DNA of 48,006 nucleotides, taken from a virus (taxonomy: Duplodnaviria > Heunggongvirae > Uroviricota > Caudoviricetes). Of the stretch, positions 34,156 to 46,300 are shown piece by piece (the stretch's first letter is position 1; every line of letters starts with the position of its first letter). The stretch lies in IMG/VR virus record IMGVR_UViG_2671180673_000006; one strand, 5' to 3'. The notes under the pieces were generated by a model, which worked only from the letters and a program-made list of their open reading frames with translations, was not told where the DNA came from and searched no databases. The position numbers were made by a program, and so were the translations under genes.

Positions 34156-36697
34156 TCTTGTTATTGACCTTAGTCTGGATGCTGTCCGTTTCGATGAGCA
34201 GATGAGCCGGGTAAGGCATCATTTTTCAGGTCTGGATACCGACGCCAGAAAAACCGCCAGTGCTGTTGAACAGGGCCTGAGCCGCCAGGCGCTGGCTGCA
34301 CAAAAAGCAGGGATTTCCGTCGGGCAGTATAAAGCGGCCATGCGAACCCTGCCCGCACAGTTTACGGATATCGCCACGCAGCTTGCCGGTGGTCAGAATC
34401 CCTGGCTGATCCTGCTGCAACAGGGCGGTCAGGTGAAGGACTCCTTCGGCGGGATGATCCCCATGTTCAGGGGGCTTGCCGGTGCGATCACCCTGCCGAT
34501 GGTCGGGGTCACCTCGCTGGCGGTGGCGACAGGTGCGCTGGTGTACGCCTGGTACCAGGGAGATTCCACGCTTTCAGCGTTTAATAAAACCCTGGTTCTT
34601 TCCGGTAATCAGTCCGGACTGACTGCCGATCGCATGCTGACGCTCTCCAGAGCCGGACAGGCCGCAGGGCTGACGTTTAACCAGGCGAGTGAGTCACTGG
34701 CAGCCATGGTGAATGCCGGTGTGCGTGGTGGTGAACAGTTTGATGCCATCAACCAGAGTGTCGCGCGTTTTGCTTCTGCATCCGGTGTGGAGGTGGACAA
34801 GGTTGCAGAGGCTTTCGGAAAACTGACCACTGACCCGACGTCGGGGCTGATTGCGATGGCGAAGCAGTTCCATAACGTGACGGCGGAGCAGATTGCGTAT
34901 GTTGCTCAGTTGCAGCGTTCCGGCGATGAAACCGGGGCATTGCAGGCGGCGAACGAGGCCGCAACGAAAGGGTTTGATGACCAGACCCGCCGCCTGAAAG
35001 AGAACATGGGCACGCTGGAGACCTGGGCAGACAGGACAGCGCGGGCATTCAAATCCATGTGGGATGCGGTGCTGGATATTGGTCGTCCTGATACCGCGCA
35101 GGAGATGCTGATTAAGGCAGAGGCTGCGTTTAAGAAAGCAGACGACATCTGGAATCTGCGCAAGGATGATTATTTTGTTAACGATGAAGCGCGGGCGCGT
35201 TACTGGGATGATCGTGAAAAGGCCCGTCTTGCGCTTGAAGCCGCCCGAAAGAAGGCTGAGCAGCAGACTCAACAGGACAAAAATGCGCAGCAGCAGAGCG
35301 ATACCGAAGCGTCACGGCTGAAATATACCGAAGAGGCGCAGAAGGCTTACGAACGGCTGCAGACGCCGCTGGAGAAATATACCGCCCGTCAGGAAGAACT
35401 GAACAAGGCACTGAAAGACGGGAAAATCCTGCAGGCGGATTACAACACGCTGATGGCGGCGGCGAAAAAGGATTATGAAGCGACGCTGAAAAAGCCGAAA
35501 CAGTCCGGCGTGAAGGTGTCTGCGGGCGATCGTCAGGAAGACAGTGCTCATGCTGCCCTGCTGACGCTTCAGGCAGAACTCCGGACGCTGGAGAAGCATG
35601 CCGGAGCGAATGAGAAAATCAGCCAGCAGCGCCGGGATTTGTGGAAGGCAGAAAGTCAGTTCGCGGTACTGGAGGAGGCGGCACAACGTCGCCAGCTGTC
35701 CGCACAGGAGAAATCCCTGCTGGCGCATAAAGATGAGACGCGGGAGTACAAACGCCAGCTGGCTGCACTTGGCGATAAGGTCACGTATCAGGAGCGCCTG
35801 AACGCGCTGGCGCAGCAAGCGGATAAATTCGCACAGCAGCAACGGGCAAAACGGGCCGCTATTGATGCGAAAAGCCGGGGGCTGACTGACCGGCAGGCAG
35901 AACGGGAAGCCACGGAACAGCGCCTGAAGGAACAGTATGGCGATAATCCTCTGGCGCTGAATAACGTCATGTCAGAGCAGAAAAAGACCTGGGCGGCTGA
36001 AGACCTGCTTCGCGGGAGCTGGATGGCAGGCCTCAGGTCCGGCTGGAGCGAGTGGAAAGAGAGTGCCACGGACAGTATGTTGCAGGTTAAAAGTGCAGCC
36101 ACGCAGACCTTTGATGGTATTGCGCAGAATATGGCGGTGATGCTGACCGGCAGTGAGCAGAACTGGCGCAGCTTCACCCGTTCCGTGCTGTCCATGATGA
36201 CAGAAATTCTGCTTAAGCAGGCAATGGTGGGGATTGTCGGGAGTATCGGCAGCGCCATTGGCGGTGCTGTTGGTGGCGGCGAATCCGCGTCAGGCGGTAC
36301 AGCCATTCAGGCAGCTGCGGCGAAATTCCATTTTGCGACCGGAGGATTTACGGGAACCGGCGGCAAATATGAGCCAGCGGGGATTGTTCATCGTGGTGAA
36401 TTTGTCTTCACGAAGGAGGCTACCAGCCGGATTGGTGTCGGCAACCTGTACCGCCTGATGCGGGGCTATGCGGAAGGTGGTTATGTGGGCGGTGCCGGAA
36501 GTCCGGCGCAGATGCGGCGGGCTGAAGGCATTAATTTTAATCAGAACAATCACGTGGTGATTCAGAACGACGGTACGAATGGTCTGCCAGGTCCACAGAT
36601 GATGAAGGCAGTGTATGACATGGCCCGCAAGGGTGCCCGTGATGAAATTCAGACACAGATGCGTGATGGTGGCCTGTTCTCCGGAGGTGGACGATGA
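34136..36697 (+). CDS. H: tail tape-measure protein gpH
   Basis: 853 aa (same length as lambda H); ATG at 34136 preceded by GGGAGGTG; coiled-coil centre and Gly-rich C-terminus. Confidence 0.9.
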   Translation: MSQPVGDLVIDLSLDAVRFDEQMSRVRHHFSGLDTDARKTASAVEQGLSRQALAAQKAGISVGQYKAAMRTLPAQFTDIATQLAGGQNPWLILLQQGGQVKDSFGGMIPMFRGLAGAITLPMVGVTSLAVATGALVYAWYQGDSTLSAFNKTLVLSGNQSGLTADRMLTLSRAGQAAGLTFNQASESLAAMVNAGVRGGEQFDAINQSVARFASASGVEVDKVAEAFGKLTTDPTSGLIAMAKQFHNVTAEQIAYVAQLQRSGDETGALQAANEAATKGFDDQTRRLKENMGTLETWADRTARAFKSMWDAVLDIGRPDTAQEMLIKAEAAFKKADDIWNLRKDDYFVNDEARARYWDDREKARLALEAARKKAEQQTQQDKNAQQQSDTEASRLKYTEEAQKAYERLQTPLEKYTARQEELNKALKDGKILQADYNTLMAAAKKDYEATLKKPKQSGVKVSAGDRQEDSAHAALLTLQAELRTLEKHAGANEKISQQRRDLWKAESQFAVLEEAAQRRQLSAQEKSLLAHKDETREYKRQLAALGDKVTYQERLNALAQQADKFAQQQRAKRAAIDAKSRGLTDRQAEREATEQRLKEQYGDNPLALNNVMSEQKKTWAAEDLLRGSWMAGLRSGWSEWKESATDSMLQVKSAATQTFDGIAQNMAVMLTGSEQNWRSFTRSVLSMMTEILLKQAMVGIVGSIGSAIGGAVGGGESASGGTAIQAAAAKFHFATGGFTGTGGKYEPAGIVHRGEFVFTKEATSRIGVGNLYRLMRGYAEGGYVGGAGSPAQMRRAEGINFNQNNHVVIQNDGTNGLPGPQMMKAVYDMARKGARDEIQTQMRDGGLFSGGGR

Positions 36698-37023
36698 AAA
36701 CCTTCCGCTGGAAAGTGAAACCCGGTATGGATGTGGCTTCGGCCCCTTCTGTAAGAAAGGTGCGCTTTGGTGATGGCTATTCCCAGCGAGCGCCTGCCGA
36801 GCTGAATGCCAACCTGAAAACGTACAGCGTGACGCTTTCTGTCCCCCGTGAGGAGGCCACGGTACTGGAGTCGTTTCTGGAAGAGCACGGGGGCTGGAAA
36901 GCCTTTCTGTGGACGCCGCCTTATGAGTGGCGGCAGATAAAGGTGACCTGCGCAAAATGGTCGTCGCGGGTCAGTATGCTGCGTGTTGAGTTCAGCGCAG
37001 AGTTTGAACAGGTGGTGAACTGA
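36694..37023 (+). CDS. M: minor tail protein gpM
   Basis: 109 aa; overlaps H stop; synteny and size as lambda M. Confidence 0.85.
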   Translation: MKTFRWKVKPGMDVASAPSVRKVRFGDGYSQRAPAELNANLKTYSVTLSVPREEATVLESFLEEHGGWKAFLWTPPYEWRQIKVTCAKWSSRVSMLRVEFSAEFEQVVN

Positions 37024-37721
37024 TGCAGGATATCCGGCAGGAAACACTGAATGAATGCACCCGTGCGGAGCAGTCGGCCAGCGTGGTGCTCTGGGAAATC
37101 GACCTGACAGAGGTCGGTGGAGAACGTTATTTTTTCTGTAATGAGCAGAACGAAAAAGGTGAGCCGGTCACCTGGCAGGGGCGACAGTATCAGCCGTATC
37201 CCATTCAGGGGAGTGGTTTTGAACTGAATGGCAAAGGCACCAGTACGCGCCCCACGCTGACGGTTTCTAACCTGTACGGTATGGTCACCGGTATGGTGGA
37301 AGATCTGCAGAGTCTGGTCGGCGGAACGGTGGTCCGGCGTAAGGTTTACGCCCGTTTTCTGGATGCGGTGAACTTCGTCAACGGAAACAGTGACGCCGAT
37401 CCGGAGCAGGAGGTGATCAGCCGCTGGCGCATCGAGCAGTGCAGCGAACTGAGCGCGGTGAGTGCCTCCTTTGTACTGTCCACGCCGACGGAAACGGATG
37501 GCGCTGTTTTTCCGGGGCGTATCATGCTGGCCAACACCTGCACCTGGACCTATCGCGGCGATGAGTGCGGTTATCACGGTCCGGCAGTCGCTGATGAATA
37601 TGACCAGCCGACGTCCGATATCACGAAGGATAAATGCAGCAAATGCCTGAGCGGCTGTAAGTTTCGCAATAATGTCGGCAACTTTGGCAGCTTCCTTTCC
37701 ATTAACAAACTTTCGCAGTAA
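37023..37721 (+). CDS. L: minor tail protein gpL
   Basis: 232 aa; conserved Cys cluster near the C-terminus (...CTWTYRGDECGY...DKCSKCLSGCKFRNN...) as in lambda L. Confidence 0.85.
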   Translation: MQDIRQETLNECTRAEQSASVVLWEIDLTEVGGERYFFCNEQNEKGEPVTWQGRQYQPYPIQGSGFELNGKGTSTRPTLTVSNLYGMVTGMVEDLQSLVGGTVVRRKVYARFLDAVNFVNGNSDADPEQEVISRWRIEQCSELSAVSASFVLSTPTETDGAVFPGRIMLANTCTWTYRGDECGYHGPAVADEYDQPTSDITKDKCSKCLSGCKFRNNVGNFGSFLSINKLSQ

Positions 37722-37726
37722 ATACC

Positions 37727-38470
37727 ATGACAGAGACAGAATCAGCGATTCTGGCGCACGCCCGGCGATGTGCGCCAGCGGAGTCGTGCGGCTTCGTGGT
37801 GAGAGCGCCGGAGGGGGAAAGATATTTTCCCTGCGTGAATATTTCCGGTGAGCCGGAGGAGTATTTCCGGATGTCGCCGGAGGACTGGCTGAGTGCAGAA
37901 ATGCAGGGTGAGATTGTGGCGCTGGTCCACAGCCACCCCGGTGGTCTGCCCTGGCTGAGTGAGGCTGACCGGCGGCTGCAGGTGCAGAGTGATTTGCCGT
38001 GGTGGCTGGTCTGCCGGGGGACGATTCATAAATTCCGCTGTGTGCCGCATCTCACCGGGCGGCGCTTTGAGCACGGGGTGACGGACTGTTACACGCTGTT
38101 CCGGGATGCTTATCATCTGGCGGGGATTGAGATGCCGGATTTTCATCGCGAGGATGACTGGTGGCGTCACGGTCAGAATCTCTATCTGGATAATCTGGAG
38201 GCCACAGGGCTGTATCAGGTGCCGTTGTCATCAGCACAACCGGGCGATGTGCTGCTGTGCTGTTTTGGTTCATCGGTGCCGAATCATGCCGCCATTTACT
38301 GTGGTGATGGCGAGCTGTTGCACCATATTCCTGAACAACTGAGCAAACGAGAGAGGTATACCGACAAATGGCAGCGACGCACACACTCCCTCTGGCGTCA
38401 CCAGGCATGGCACGCATCTGCCTTTACGGGGATTTACAACGATTTGTCCGCCGCATCGATCTGCGTGTGA
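37727..38470 (+). CDS. K: tail assembly protein gpK (MPN/JAB plus NlpC/P60-like)
   Basis: 247 aa; His/Cys-containing motifs (...HSHPGG..., ...GVTDCYTLF...) consistent with gpK. Confidence 0.85.
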   Translation: MTETESAILAHARRCAPAESCGFVVRAPEGERYFPCVNISGEPEEYFRMSPEDWLSAEMQGEIVALVHSHPGGLPWLSEADRRLQVQSDLPWWLVCRGTIHKFRCVPHLTGRRFEHGVTDCYTLFRDAYHLAGIEMPDFHREDDWWRHGQNLYLDNLEATGLYQVPLSSAQPGDVLLCCFGSSVPNHAAIYCGDGELLHHIPEQLSKRERYTDKWQRRTHSLWRHQAWHASAFTGIYNDLSAASICV

Positions 38471-39009
38471 AAACGGGGGCCGAAGCCATCCGGGCGCTGG
38501 CCATGCAGATCCCGGCGTTTCGTCAGAAGCTGAGCGACGGCTGGTATCAGGTACGCATTGCCGGGCGTGATACAGGTGAAACGGAATTATCAGCCCGTCT
38601 GAATGAACCGCTGGCAAATGGTGCTGTGATCCATATCGTGCCGCGTCTGGCAGGAGCCAAAAGTGGCGGTGTGTTTCAGGCTGTGCTGGGGGCGGCTGTT
38701 ATGGCGGTTGCTATATGGATGCCGGGGGTAGGAATTATGGCGAGTAATCTGCTGTTTTCTCTCGGTGCCAGTATGACGCTTGGCGGTGTTGCACAGATGC
38801 TGGCCCCTAAACCCAAAACCCCCCGCACACAGACAACGGATAACGGCAAACAGAACACCTATTTTTCTTCACTGGATAATATGGTTGCCCAGGGCAATGT
38901 TCTGCCCGTTCTGTACGGTGAAATGCGCGTGGGATCACGTGTGGTATCTCAGGAGATCAGCACAGCAGATGAAGGTGATGGTGGTCAGGTTGTGGTGATT
39001 GGTCGCTGA
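38368..39009 (+). CDS. I: tail assembly protein gpI
   Basis: 213 aa; ATG at 38368 overlaps the 3' end of K by about 100 nt (a later start at 38407 is possible); C-terminal ...NGKQNTYFSSLDNMVAQGNVLPVLYGEMRVGSRVVSQEI... Confidence 0.75.
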   Translation: MAATHTLPLASPGMARICLYGDLQRFVRRIDLRVKTGAEAIRALAMQIPAFRQKLSDGWYQVRIAGRDTGETELSARLNEPLANGAVIHIVPRLAGAKSGGVFQAVLGAAVMAVAIWMPGVGIMASNLLFSLGASMTLGGVAQMLAPKPKTPRTQTTDNGKQNTYFSSLDNMVAQGNVLPVLYGEMRVGSRVVSQEISTADEGDGGQVVVIGR

Positions 39010-39069
39010 TGAAAAACGTTTTATGTGAAACCGCCTCCGGGCGGTTTTATCGTTTATGGAGCATGACGA

Positions 39070-42000
39070 ATGGGTAAAGGCAGCAGTAAGGGGCATACCC
39101 CGCGCGAAGCGAAGGACAACCTGAAATCCACGCAGCTGCTGAGTGTGATTGATGCCATCAGCGAAGGGCCGATTGAAGGTCCGGTGGATGGATTAAAAAG
39201 CGTGCTGCTGAACAGTACGCCGGTGCTGGACAGTGAGGGGAATACCAATATATCCGGCGTCACGGTGGTGTTCCGGGCAGGTGAGCAGGAGCAGTCACCG
39301 CCGGAGGGATTTGAATCCTCCGGCTCCGAGACGGTGCTGGGTACGGAAGTGAAATATGACACGCCGATCACCCGCACCATTACGTCGGCAAACATCGACC
39401 GTCTGCGCTTTACCTTCGGTGTACAGGCACTGGTGGAAACCACCTCAAAGGGTGACAGGAATCCGTCGGAAGTCCGTCTGCTGGTTCAGATACAGCGTAA
39501 TGGTGGCTGGGTGACGGAAAAAGACATCACCATTAAGGGCAAAACCACCTCGCAGTATCTGGCCTCGGTGGTGGTGGGTAACCTGCCGCCGCGCCCGTTC
39601 AATATACGGATGCGCAGGATGACGCCGGACAGCACCACAGACCAGCTGCAGAACAAAACGCTCTGGTCGTCATACACCGAAATCATCGATGTGAAACAGT
39701 GCTACCCGAACACGGCACTGGTCGGCGTGCAGGTGGATTCGGAGCAGTTCGGCAGCCAGCAGGTGAGCCGTAATTATCATCTGCGCGGGCGCATTCTGCA
39801 GGTGCCGTCGAACTATAACCCGCAGACGCGGCAATACAGCGGTATCTGGGACGGAACGTTTAAGCCAGCATACAGCAACAACATGGCCTGGTGTCTGTGG
39901 GATATGCTGACCCATCCGCGCTACGGCATGGGGAAACGTCTTGGTGCGGCGGATGTGGATAAATGGGCGCTGTATGTCATCGGCCAGTACTGCGACCAGT
40001 CAGTGCCGGACGGCTTTGGCGGCACGGAGCCGCGCATCACCTGTAATGCGTACCTGACCACACAGCGCAAGGCGTGGGATGTGCTCAGTGATTTCTGCTC
40101 GGCGATGCGCTGTATGCCGGTATGGAACGGGCAGACGCTGACGTTCGTGCAGGACCGGCCATCAGATAAGGTGTGGACCTATAACCGCAGTAATGTGGTG
40201 ATGCCGGATGATGGNGCGCCGTTCCGCTACAGCTTCAGCGCCCTGAAGGACCGCCATAATGCCGTTGAGGTGAACTGGATTGACCCGAANAACGGCTGGG
40301 AGACGGCGACAGAGCTTGTGGAGGACACGCAGGCCATTGCCCGTTACGGTCGTAACGTCACGAAGATGGATGCTTTTGGCTGTACCAGCCGGGGGCAGGC
40401 ACACCGCGCCGGGCTGTGGCTGATTAAAACAGAACTGCTGGAAACGCAGACCGTGGACTTCAGCGTGGGTGCCGAAGGGCTTCGCCATGTACCGGGCGAT
40501 GTCATTGAAATCTGCGATGATGACTATGCCGGTATCNGCACCGGCGGGCGCGTGCTGGCGGTAAACAGCCAGACCCGGACGCTGACGCTCGACCGTGAAA
40601 TCACGCTGCCATCTTCCGGCACCACGCTGATAAGCCTGGTTGACGGGCAGGGGAGTCCGGTCAGCGTGGAGGTTCAGTCCGTCACCGACGGCGTGAAGGT
40701 NAAAGTGAGCCGTGTTCCTGACGGTGTTGCTGAATACAGCGTATGGGGGCTGAAGCTGCCGACGNTGCGCCAGCGNCTGTTCCGCTGCGTGAGTATCCGT
40801 GAGAACGACGACGGCACGTATGCCATCACCGCCGTGCAGCATGTNCCGGAAAAAGAGGCCATCGTGGATAACGGGGCGCACTTTGACGGCGANCAGAGCG
40901 GCACGGTAAATGGTGTCACGCCGCCAGCGGTGCAGCACCTGACCGCAGAAGTCACCGCAGACAGCGGGGAATACCAGGTGCTGGCGCGCTGGGACACGCC
41001 GAAGGTGGTGAAGGGCGTGAGCTTCCTGCTTCGCCTGACCGTGGCAGCGGATGACGGCCGTGAGCGGCTGGTCAGCACGGCCCGGACGACGGAAACCACT
41101 TACCGCTTCACACAACTGGCTCTGGGGAACTACAGGCTGACAGTCCGGGCAGTAAATGCGTGGGGGCAGCAGGGCGATCCGGCGTCGGTATCGTTCCGGA
41201 TTGCCGCACCGGCAGCGCCGTCGCGGATTGAGCTGACGCCGGGCTATTTTCAGATAACCGCCACGCCGCATCTTGCGGTTTATGACCCGACGGTACAGTT
41301 TGAGTTCTGGTTCTCGGAAAAACGGATTGCGGATATCAGGCAGGTTGAAACCAGCGCGCGTTATCTTGGTACGGCACTGTACTGGATAGCCGCCAGTATC
41401 AATATCAAACCGGGCCATGATTATTATTTTTACGTTCGCAGTGTGAACACCGTTGGCAAATCGGCATTCGTGGAGGCTGTCGGTCAGCCGAGTGATGATG
41501 CATCAGGCTATCTGGATTTTTTCAAAGGCGAGATAGGGAAAACCCATCTGGCTCAGGAGCTGTGGACGCAGATTGATAACGGTCAGCTTGCGCCTGACCT
41601 GACTGAAATCAGGACGTCCATAACGGATGTCAGCAATGAAATAACACAGACCGTCAATAAGAAACTGGAAGACCAGAGTGCAGCGATCCAGCAGATACAG
41701 AAGGTTCAGGTTGATACAAATAATAACCTGAACAGCATGTGGGCAGTGAAGCTGCAGCAGATGCAGGACGGACGCCTTTATATTGCGGGTATCGGTGCCG
41801 GTATTGAGAACACCCCTGACGGCATGCAGAGTCAGGTGCTGCTGGCAGCAGACAGGATTGCGATGATTAATCCTGCGAATGGCAACACAAAGCCGATGTT
41901 TGTTGGTCAGGGCGATCAGATATTCATGAATGAAGTGTTCCTGAAACGCCTGACGGCCCCCACCATTACCAGCGGCGGTAATCCTCCGGCATTTTCCCTG

Positions 42001-42567
42001 ACATCAGACGGGAGACTGACGGCGAAAAATGCGGATATCAGTGGCAGTGTGAATGCGAACTCAGGAACGCTCAACAATGTCACGATTAACCAGAACTGTA
42101 CGATTAAGGGCATGCTGGAGGCGACCCAGGTCAGAGGAGATTTCGTTAAAGCTGTATCAAAAGCCTTCCCGAAAAAAGTCGGTACGTGGGGTAACACGGA
42201 AACACCAAACGGTACGGTTACAGTCACCATCAGCGATGATCATAACTTTGACCGCCAGATTATTATTCCGCCCATTATTTTTAACGGTATAGCGTATGAC
42301 GATCCGGGGAGCGGAAATAACCCAGGAGGCACGCGATACACGGGTTATGGTTTTGAAGTTCGCAAAAACGGCGTATTAATCGCATCCAGAGAAACTAAAG
42401 GGGCCATTCCCGGTAGTTACAGTGCAGTTATTGATATGCCGAGTGGCAGGGGAAGCGTCACTCTGGAGTTTAAGATTTTCCAGAAAGGCAATCAGGGGGC
42501 AGGCAATATCACCGACTGTACGGTGATTGTGACCAAAAAAGCCGCTTCCGGCATCAGTATTCGTTGA
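39070..42567 (+). CDS. J: tail tip / host-specificity protein gpJ
   Basis: 1165 aa; collinear with lambda J in size and position; contains n bases around 40.2-40.9 kb. Confidence 0.9.
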   Translation: MGKGSSKGHTPREAKDNLKSTQLLSVIDAISEGPIEGPVDGLKSVLLNSTPVLDSEGNTNISGVTVVFRAGEQEQSPPEGFESSGSETVLGTEVKYDTPITRTITSANIDRLRFTFGVQALVETTSKGDRNPSEVRLLVQIQRNGGWVTEKDITIKGKTTSQYLASVVVGNLPPRPFNIRMRRMTPDSTTDQLQNKTLWSSYTEIIDVKQCYPNTALVGVQVDSEQFGSQQVSRNYHLRGRILQVPSNYNPQTRQYSGIWDGTFKPAYSNNMAWCLWDMLTHPRYGMGKRLGAADVDKWALYVIGQYCDQSVPDGFGGTEPRITCNAYLTTQRKAWDVLSDFCSAMRCMPVWNGQTLTFVQDRPSDKVWTYNRSNVVMPDDXAPFRYSFSALKDRHNAVEVNWIDPXNGWETATELVEDTQAIARYGRNVTKMDAFGCTSRGQAHRAGLWLIKTELLETQTVDFSVGAEGLRHVPGDVIEICDDDYAGIXTGGRVLAVNSQTRTLTLDREITLPSSGTTLISLVDGQGSPVSVEVQSVTDGVKXKVSRVPDGVAEYSVWGLKLPTXRQXLFRCVSIRENDDGTYAITAVQHXPEKEAIVDNGAHFDGXQSGTVNGVTPPAVQHLTAEVTADSGEYQVLARWDTPKVVKGVSFLLRLTVAADDGRERLVSTARTTETTYRFTQLALGNYRLTVRAVNAWGQQGDPASVSFRIAAPAAPSRIELTPGYFQITATPHLAVYDPTVQFEFWFSEKRIADIRQVETSARYLGTALYWIAASINIKPGHDYYFYVRSVNTVGKSAFVEAVGQPSDDASGYLDFFKGEIGKTHLAQELWTQIDNGQLAPDLTEIRTSITDVSNEITQTVNKKLEDQSAAIQQIQKVQVDTNNNLNSMWAVKLQQMQDGRLYIAGIGAGIENTPDGMQSQVLLAADRIAMINPANGNTKPMFVGQGDQIFMNEVFLKRLTAPTITSGGNPPAFSLTSDGRLTAKNADISGSVNANSGTLNNVTINQNCTIKGMLEATQVRGDFVKAVSKAFPKKVGTWGNTETPNGTVTVTISDDHNFDRQIIIPPIIFNGIAYDDPGSGNNPGGTRYTGYGFEVRKNGVLIASRETKGAIPGSYSAVIDMPSGRGSVTLEFKIFQKGNQGAGNITDCTVIVTKKAASGISIR

Positions 42568-42589
42568 AATATTTATAACCCCAATAAAG

Positions 42590-42613
42590 GGCGTCAGGAA
42601 TGACGCCTTTTTT
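42590..42613 (+). terminator. intrinsic terminator after J
   Basis: GGCGTCA-ggaa-TGACGCC followed by TTTTTT. Confidence 0.5.
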
Positions 42614-42637
42614 ATTGCAGAAAAGCGAGAGGTAATT

Positions 42638-43237
42638 ATGCGTAAAGTTTGTGCAGCAATTTTGTCCGCAGCCATTTGTCTGGCCGTATCCGGTGCGCCT
42701 GCATGGGCGTCTGAACATCAGTCCACGCTGAGCGCGGGGTATCTTCATGCCTCGACGAACGTCCCCGGCAGTGATGATCTGAACGGGATTAACGTGAAAT
42801 ACCGTTATGAGTTTACGGACACACTGGGGCTGGTGACGTCATTCAGCTATGCAGGAGACAAGAATCGCCAGCTGACCCGTTACAGCGATACCCGCTGGCA
42901 TGAAGATTCCGTTCGTAACCGCTGGTTCAGCGTAATGGCGGGGCCGTCTGTGCGCGTGAATGAATGGTTCAGCGCGTATGCGATGGCGGGTGTGGCTTAC
43001 AGCCGTGTGTCGACTTTCTCCGGGGATTATCTCCGCGTAACTGACAACAAGGGGAAAAAGCACGATGTGCTGACCGGAAGTGATGACGGTCGCCACAGCA
43101 ACACGTCTCTGGCGTGGGGGGCTGGCGTGCAGTTTAACCCGACCGAATCCGTGGCCATTGATATTGCTTATGAAGGCTCCGGCAGTGGTGACTGGCGCAC
43201 TGACGGTTTCATCGTGGGTGTCGGTTATAAATTCTGA
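42638..43237 (+). CDS. lom: Lom/Ail-family outer-membrane protein
   Basis: 199 aa; ATG at 42638 preceded by GAGAGG; signal peptide, beta-barrel pattern and C-terminal ...GVGYKF; position after J as lambda lom. Confidence 0.8.
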   Translation: MRKVCAAILSAAICLAVSGAPAWASEHQSTLSAGYLHASTNVPGSDDLNGINVKYRYEFTDTLGLVTSFSYAGDKNRQLTRYSDTRWHEDSVRNRWFSVMAGPSVRVNEWFSAYAMAGVAYSRVSTFSGDYLRVTDNKGKKHDVLTGSDDGRHSNTSLAWGAGVQFNPTESVAIDIAYEGSGSGDWRTDGFIVGVGYKF

Positions 43238-43263
43238 TTAGCCAGGTAACACAGTGTTATGAC

Positions 43264-43290
43264 AGCCCGCCGGTTCAGGCGGGCTTTTTT
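43264..43290 (+). terminator. intrinsic terminator after lom
   Basis: AGCCCGCC-ggttca-GGCGGGCT followed by TTTTTT. Confidence 0.5.
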
Positions 43291-43301
43291 GTGGGGTGAA
43301 T

Positions 43302-46300
43302 ATGGCAGTAAAGATTTCAGGTGTACTGAAAGACGGCACAGGAAAACCGGTACAGAACTGCACAATCCAGCTGAAAGCAAAACGTAACAGCACCACGGTG
43401 GTGGTGAACACGCTGGCCTCAGAAAATCCGGATGAAGCCGGGCGTTACAGCATGGACGTTGAGTACGGGCAGTACAGCGTTATTCTGTTGGTGGAGGGAT
43501 TCCCGCCGTCACATGCCGGGACCATCACCGTGTATGAAGATTCCCGACCCGGTACGCTGAATGATTTTCTCGGTGCCATGACGGAGGATGATGCCCGTCC
43601 TGAGGCACTGCGCCGTTTTGAACTGATGGTGGAAGAGGTGGCGCGTAACGCGTCCGCGGTGGCACAGAACACGGCAGCCGCGAAGAAGTCAGCCAGCGAT
43701 GCCAGCACATCAGCCCGTGAGGCGGCAACCCATGCGACTGATGCTGCAGGCTCAGCACGCGCAGCCAGCACGTCAGCCGGACAGGCCGCGTCGTCGGCTC
43801 AGTCAGCATCTTCCAGCGCAGGAACGGCATCAACAAAGGCCAGTGAAGCATCGAAAAGTGCTGCTGCTGCAGAGTCCTCAAAAAGCGCGGCAGCTACCAG
43901 TGCCGCTGCGGCGAAAACGTCAGAAACGAATGCGGCAGCGTCACAACAATCAGCAGCCACTTCTGCATCCGCCGCGACCACGAAGGCGTCAGAAGCTGCC
44001 ACCTCAGCCCGGGATGCGGCGGCCTCAAAAGAGGCAGCGAAATCATCAGAAACGAACGCATCCTCGAGCGCCAGTAGCGCAGCTTCCTCGGCAACAGCGG
44101 CAGGAAATTCCGCGAAGGCGGCAAAAACGTCAGAGACGAACGCCAGGTCTTCTGAAACGGCAGCGGGACAGAGCGCCTCAGCTGCGGCAGACTCTGAGAC
44201 AACAGCTGCATCATCGGCCCGTGAGGCGTCCATTAAGGCAGAGGAGGCAGCAGTCAGTGCCACCGCCGCCGGAAAATCGGCAGAAAGCGCCGCATCATCC
44301 GCTTCAACAGCCACAACGAAGGCTGGCGAAGCCACTGAACAGGCCAGCGCAGCAGCGAGGTCTGCTTCCGCAGCGAAGACATCCGAAACGAACGCGAAAG
44401 CGTCGGAAACCAGCGCAGAATCCTCAAAAACGGCTGCCGCATCGTCCGCCAGTTCGGCGGCGTCATCGGCATCATCGGCGTCTGCTTCAAAAGATGAGGC
44501 GACCAGACAGGCGTCAGCAGCGAGGGGCAGCGCCACGACGGCATCCACGAAGGCGACAGAGGCTGCTGGCAGTGCGGCAGCGGCAGCACAGAGCAAAAGT
44601 ACGGCAGAATCCGCAGCAACGCGCGCCGAGACAGCAGCAAAACGGGCAGAGGATATTGCATCCGCCGTGGCGCTTGAGGATGCGAGCACGACGAAAAAGG
44701 GGATAGTACAGCTCAGTAGTGCGACTAACAGCACTTCCGAGTCACTGGCGGCAACACCAAAAGCCGTTAAGGCCGCGTATGACCTGGCTAACGGGAAATA
44801 CACCGCACAGGATGCAACGACAGCACAGAAAGGGATAATCCAGCTAAGCAGCGCGACCAACAGCACGTCTGAAACGCTTGCCGCGACACCAAAGGCAGTA
44901 AAAGCAGCCAATGACAATGCTGAGAAACGTCTGCAGAAAGATCAGAACGGTGCGGATATCCCTGGCAAAGATACCTTTACGAAAAATATTGGTGCCTGCC
45001 GTGCCTTCGGTGGGTCAGTAAGCACAACAACAGGAAACTGGACGACTGCACAGTTTATCGAGTGGCTGGATTCTCAGGGAGCATTTAACCATCCATACTG
45101 GATGTGCAAGGGTTCCTGGTCTTATGGCAATAATAAAATCATTACTGATACTGACTGCGGTAATATTCATCTCGCCGGAGCTGTCATTGAAGTAATGGGG
45201 ATAAAGTCAGCGATGACGATCCGCATTACCACACCGACCACCTCCACTGGTGGTGGAACAACTAACGCCCAGTTTACCTATATTAATCACGGAACAGATT
45301 ATTCACCTGGCTGGCGAAGGGACTATAACTCCAGAAATAAGCCAACGGCATCAGAGATCGGGGCGTTACCGTCAGGTGGAACAGCAGTATCATCAGTTAA
45401 TCTGGCTTCAAAAGGTCGGGTAACCGCGCTGACAGACAATACGCAGGGGGCAGCAGGTCTTGAGTTATACGAGGTGTATAACAACGGATATCCAACAGCG
45501 TATGGAAATATCATTCACCTGAAAGGGATGACAGCCGTTGGCGAAGGTGAGTTACTCATCGGCTGGAGTGGTACAAGCGGTGCTCATGCTCCGGCATTTA
45601 TTCGTTCACGACGGGATACGACCGACGCAAACTGGTCGCCGTGGGCGCAGCTTTACACCTCGGCTCATCCTCCTGCAGAGTTTTATCCAGTCGGTGCACC
45701 AATCCCGTGGCCATCAGATACCGTTCCGTCTGGTTATGCCCTGATGCAGGGGCAGACTTTTGACAAATCTGCATACCCGAAACTTGCAGTTGCTTATCCG
45801 TCAGGCGTGATCCCTGATATGCGTGGCTGGACGATTAAGGGCAAGCCCGCCAGTGGTCGGGCCGTATTATCTCAGGAACAGGACGGCATTAAATCGCACA
45901 CCCACAGCGCCAGCGCATCCAGTACGGATTTGGGGACGAAAACCACATCGTCGTTTGATTACGGAACCAAATCCACGAATAACACCGGGGCGCATACCCA
46001 TAGTATTAGCGGGACCGCAAATAGTGCCGGTGCGCACCAACACAAGAGTTCCGGTGCATTTGGTGGCACGAACACGAGCATTTTCCCTAATGGTTATACC
46101 GCGATTTCAAATCTAAGCGCGGGGATTATGAGCACAACAAGCGGTAGTGGCCAGACTCGTAATGCAGGGAAGACATCATCAGATGGTGCTCATACCCACT
46201 CGCTGTCCGGCACTGCTGCAAGCGCAGGCGCACATGCACATACTGTCGGTATTGGTGCTCATACGCACTCCGTTGCGATTGGTTCACATGGACACACCAT

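Noticed and set aside
34170-36955. Multiple antisense and alternate-frame ORFs within the tape-measure gene (e.g. 34694..35272 -, 35312..35842 -, 35788..36306 -, 36290..36955 -)
   Set aside because: All are embedded in the well-supported 853-aa H gene; their compositions are low-complexity and typical of spurious frames in GC-rich sequence.
43650-44740. Possible CRISPR-like array suggested by the highly repetitive DNA
   Set aside because: The repeats are in frame and coding, are not separated by unique spacers of regular length, and no cas genes are present.
43445-44917. Long overlapping ORFs on both strands inside stf (e.g. 43699..44706 +, 335 aa Arg/Pro/Gln-rich; 43799..44917 -, 372 aa Ala-rich; 43525..43881 -)
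   Set aside because: They lie entirely within the GC-rich low-complexity repeat region of the tail-fibre gene; their compositions are what alternate frames of Ala/Ser/Thr-coding repeats give; the stf frame is supported by homology and context.
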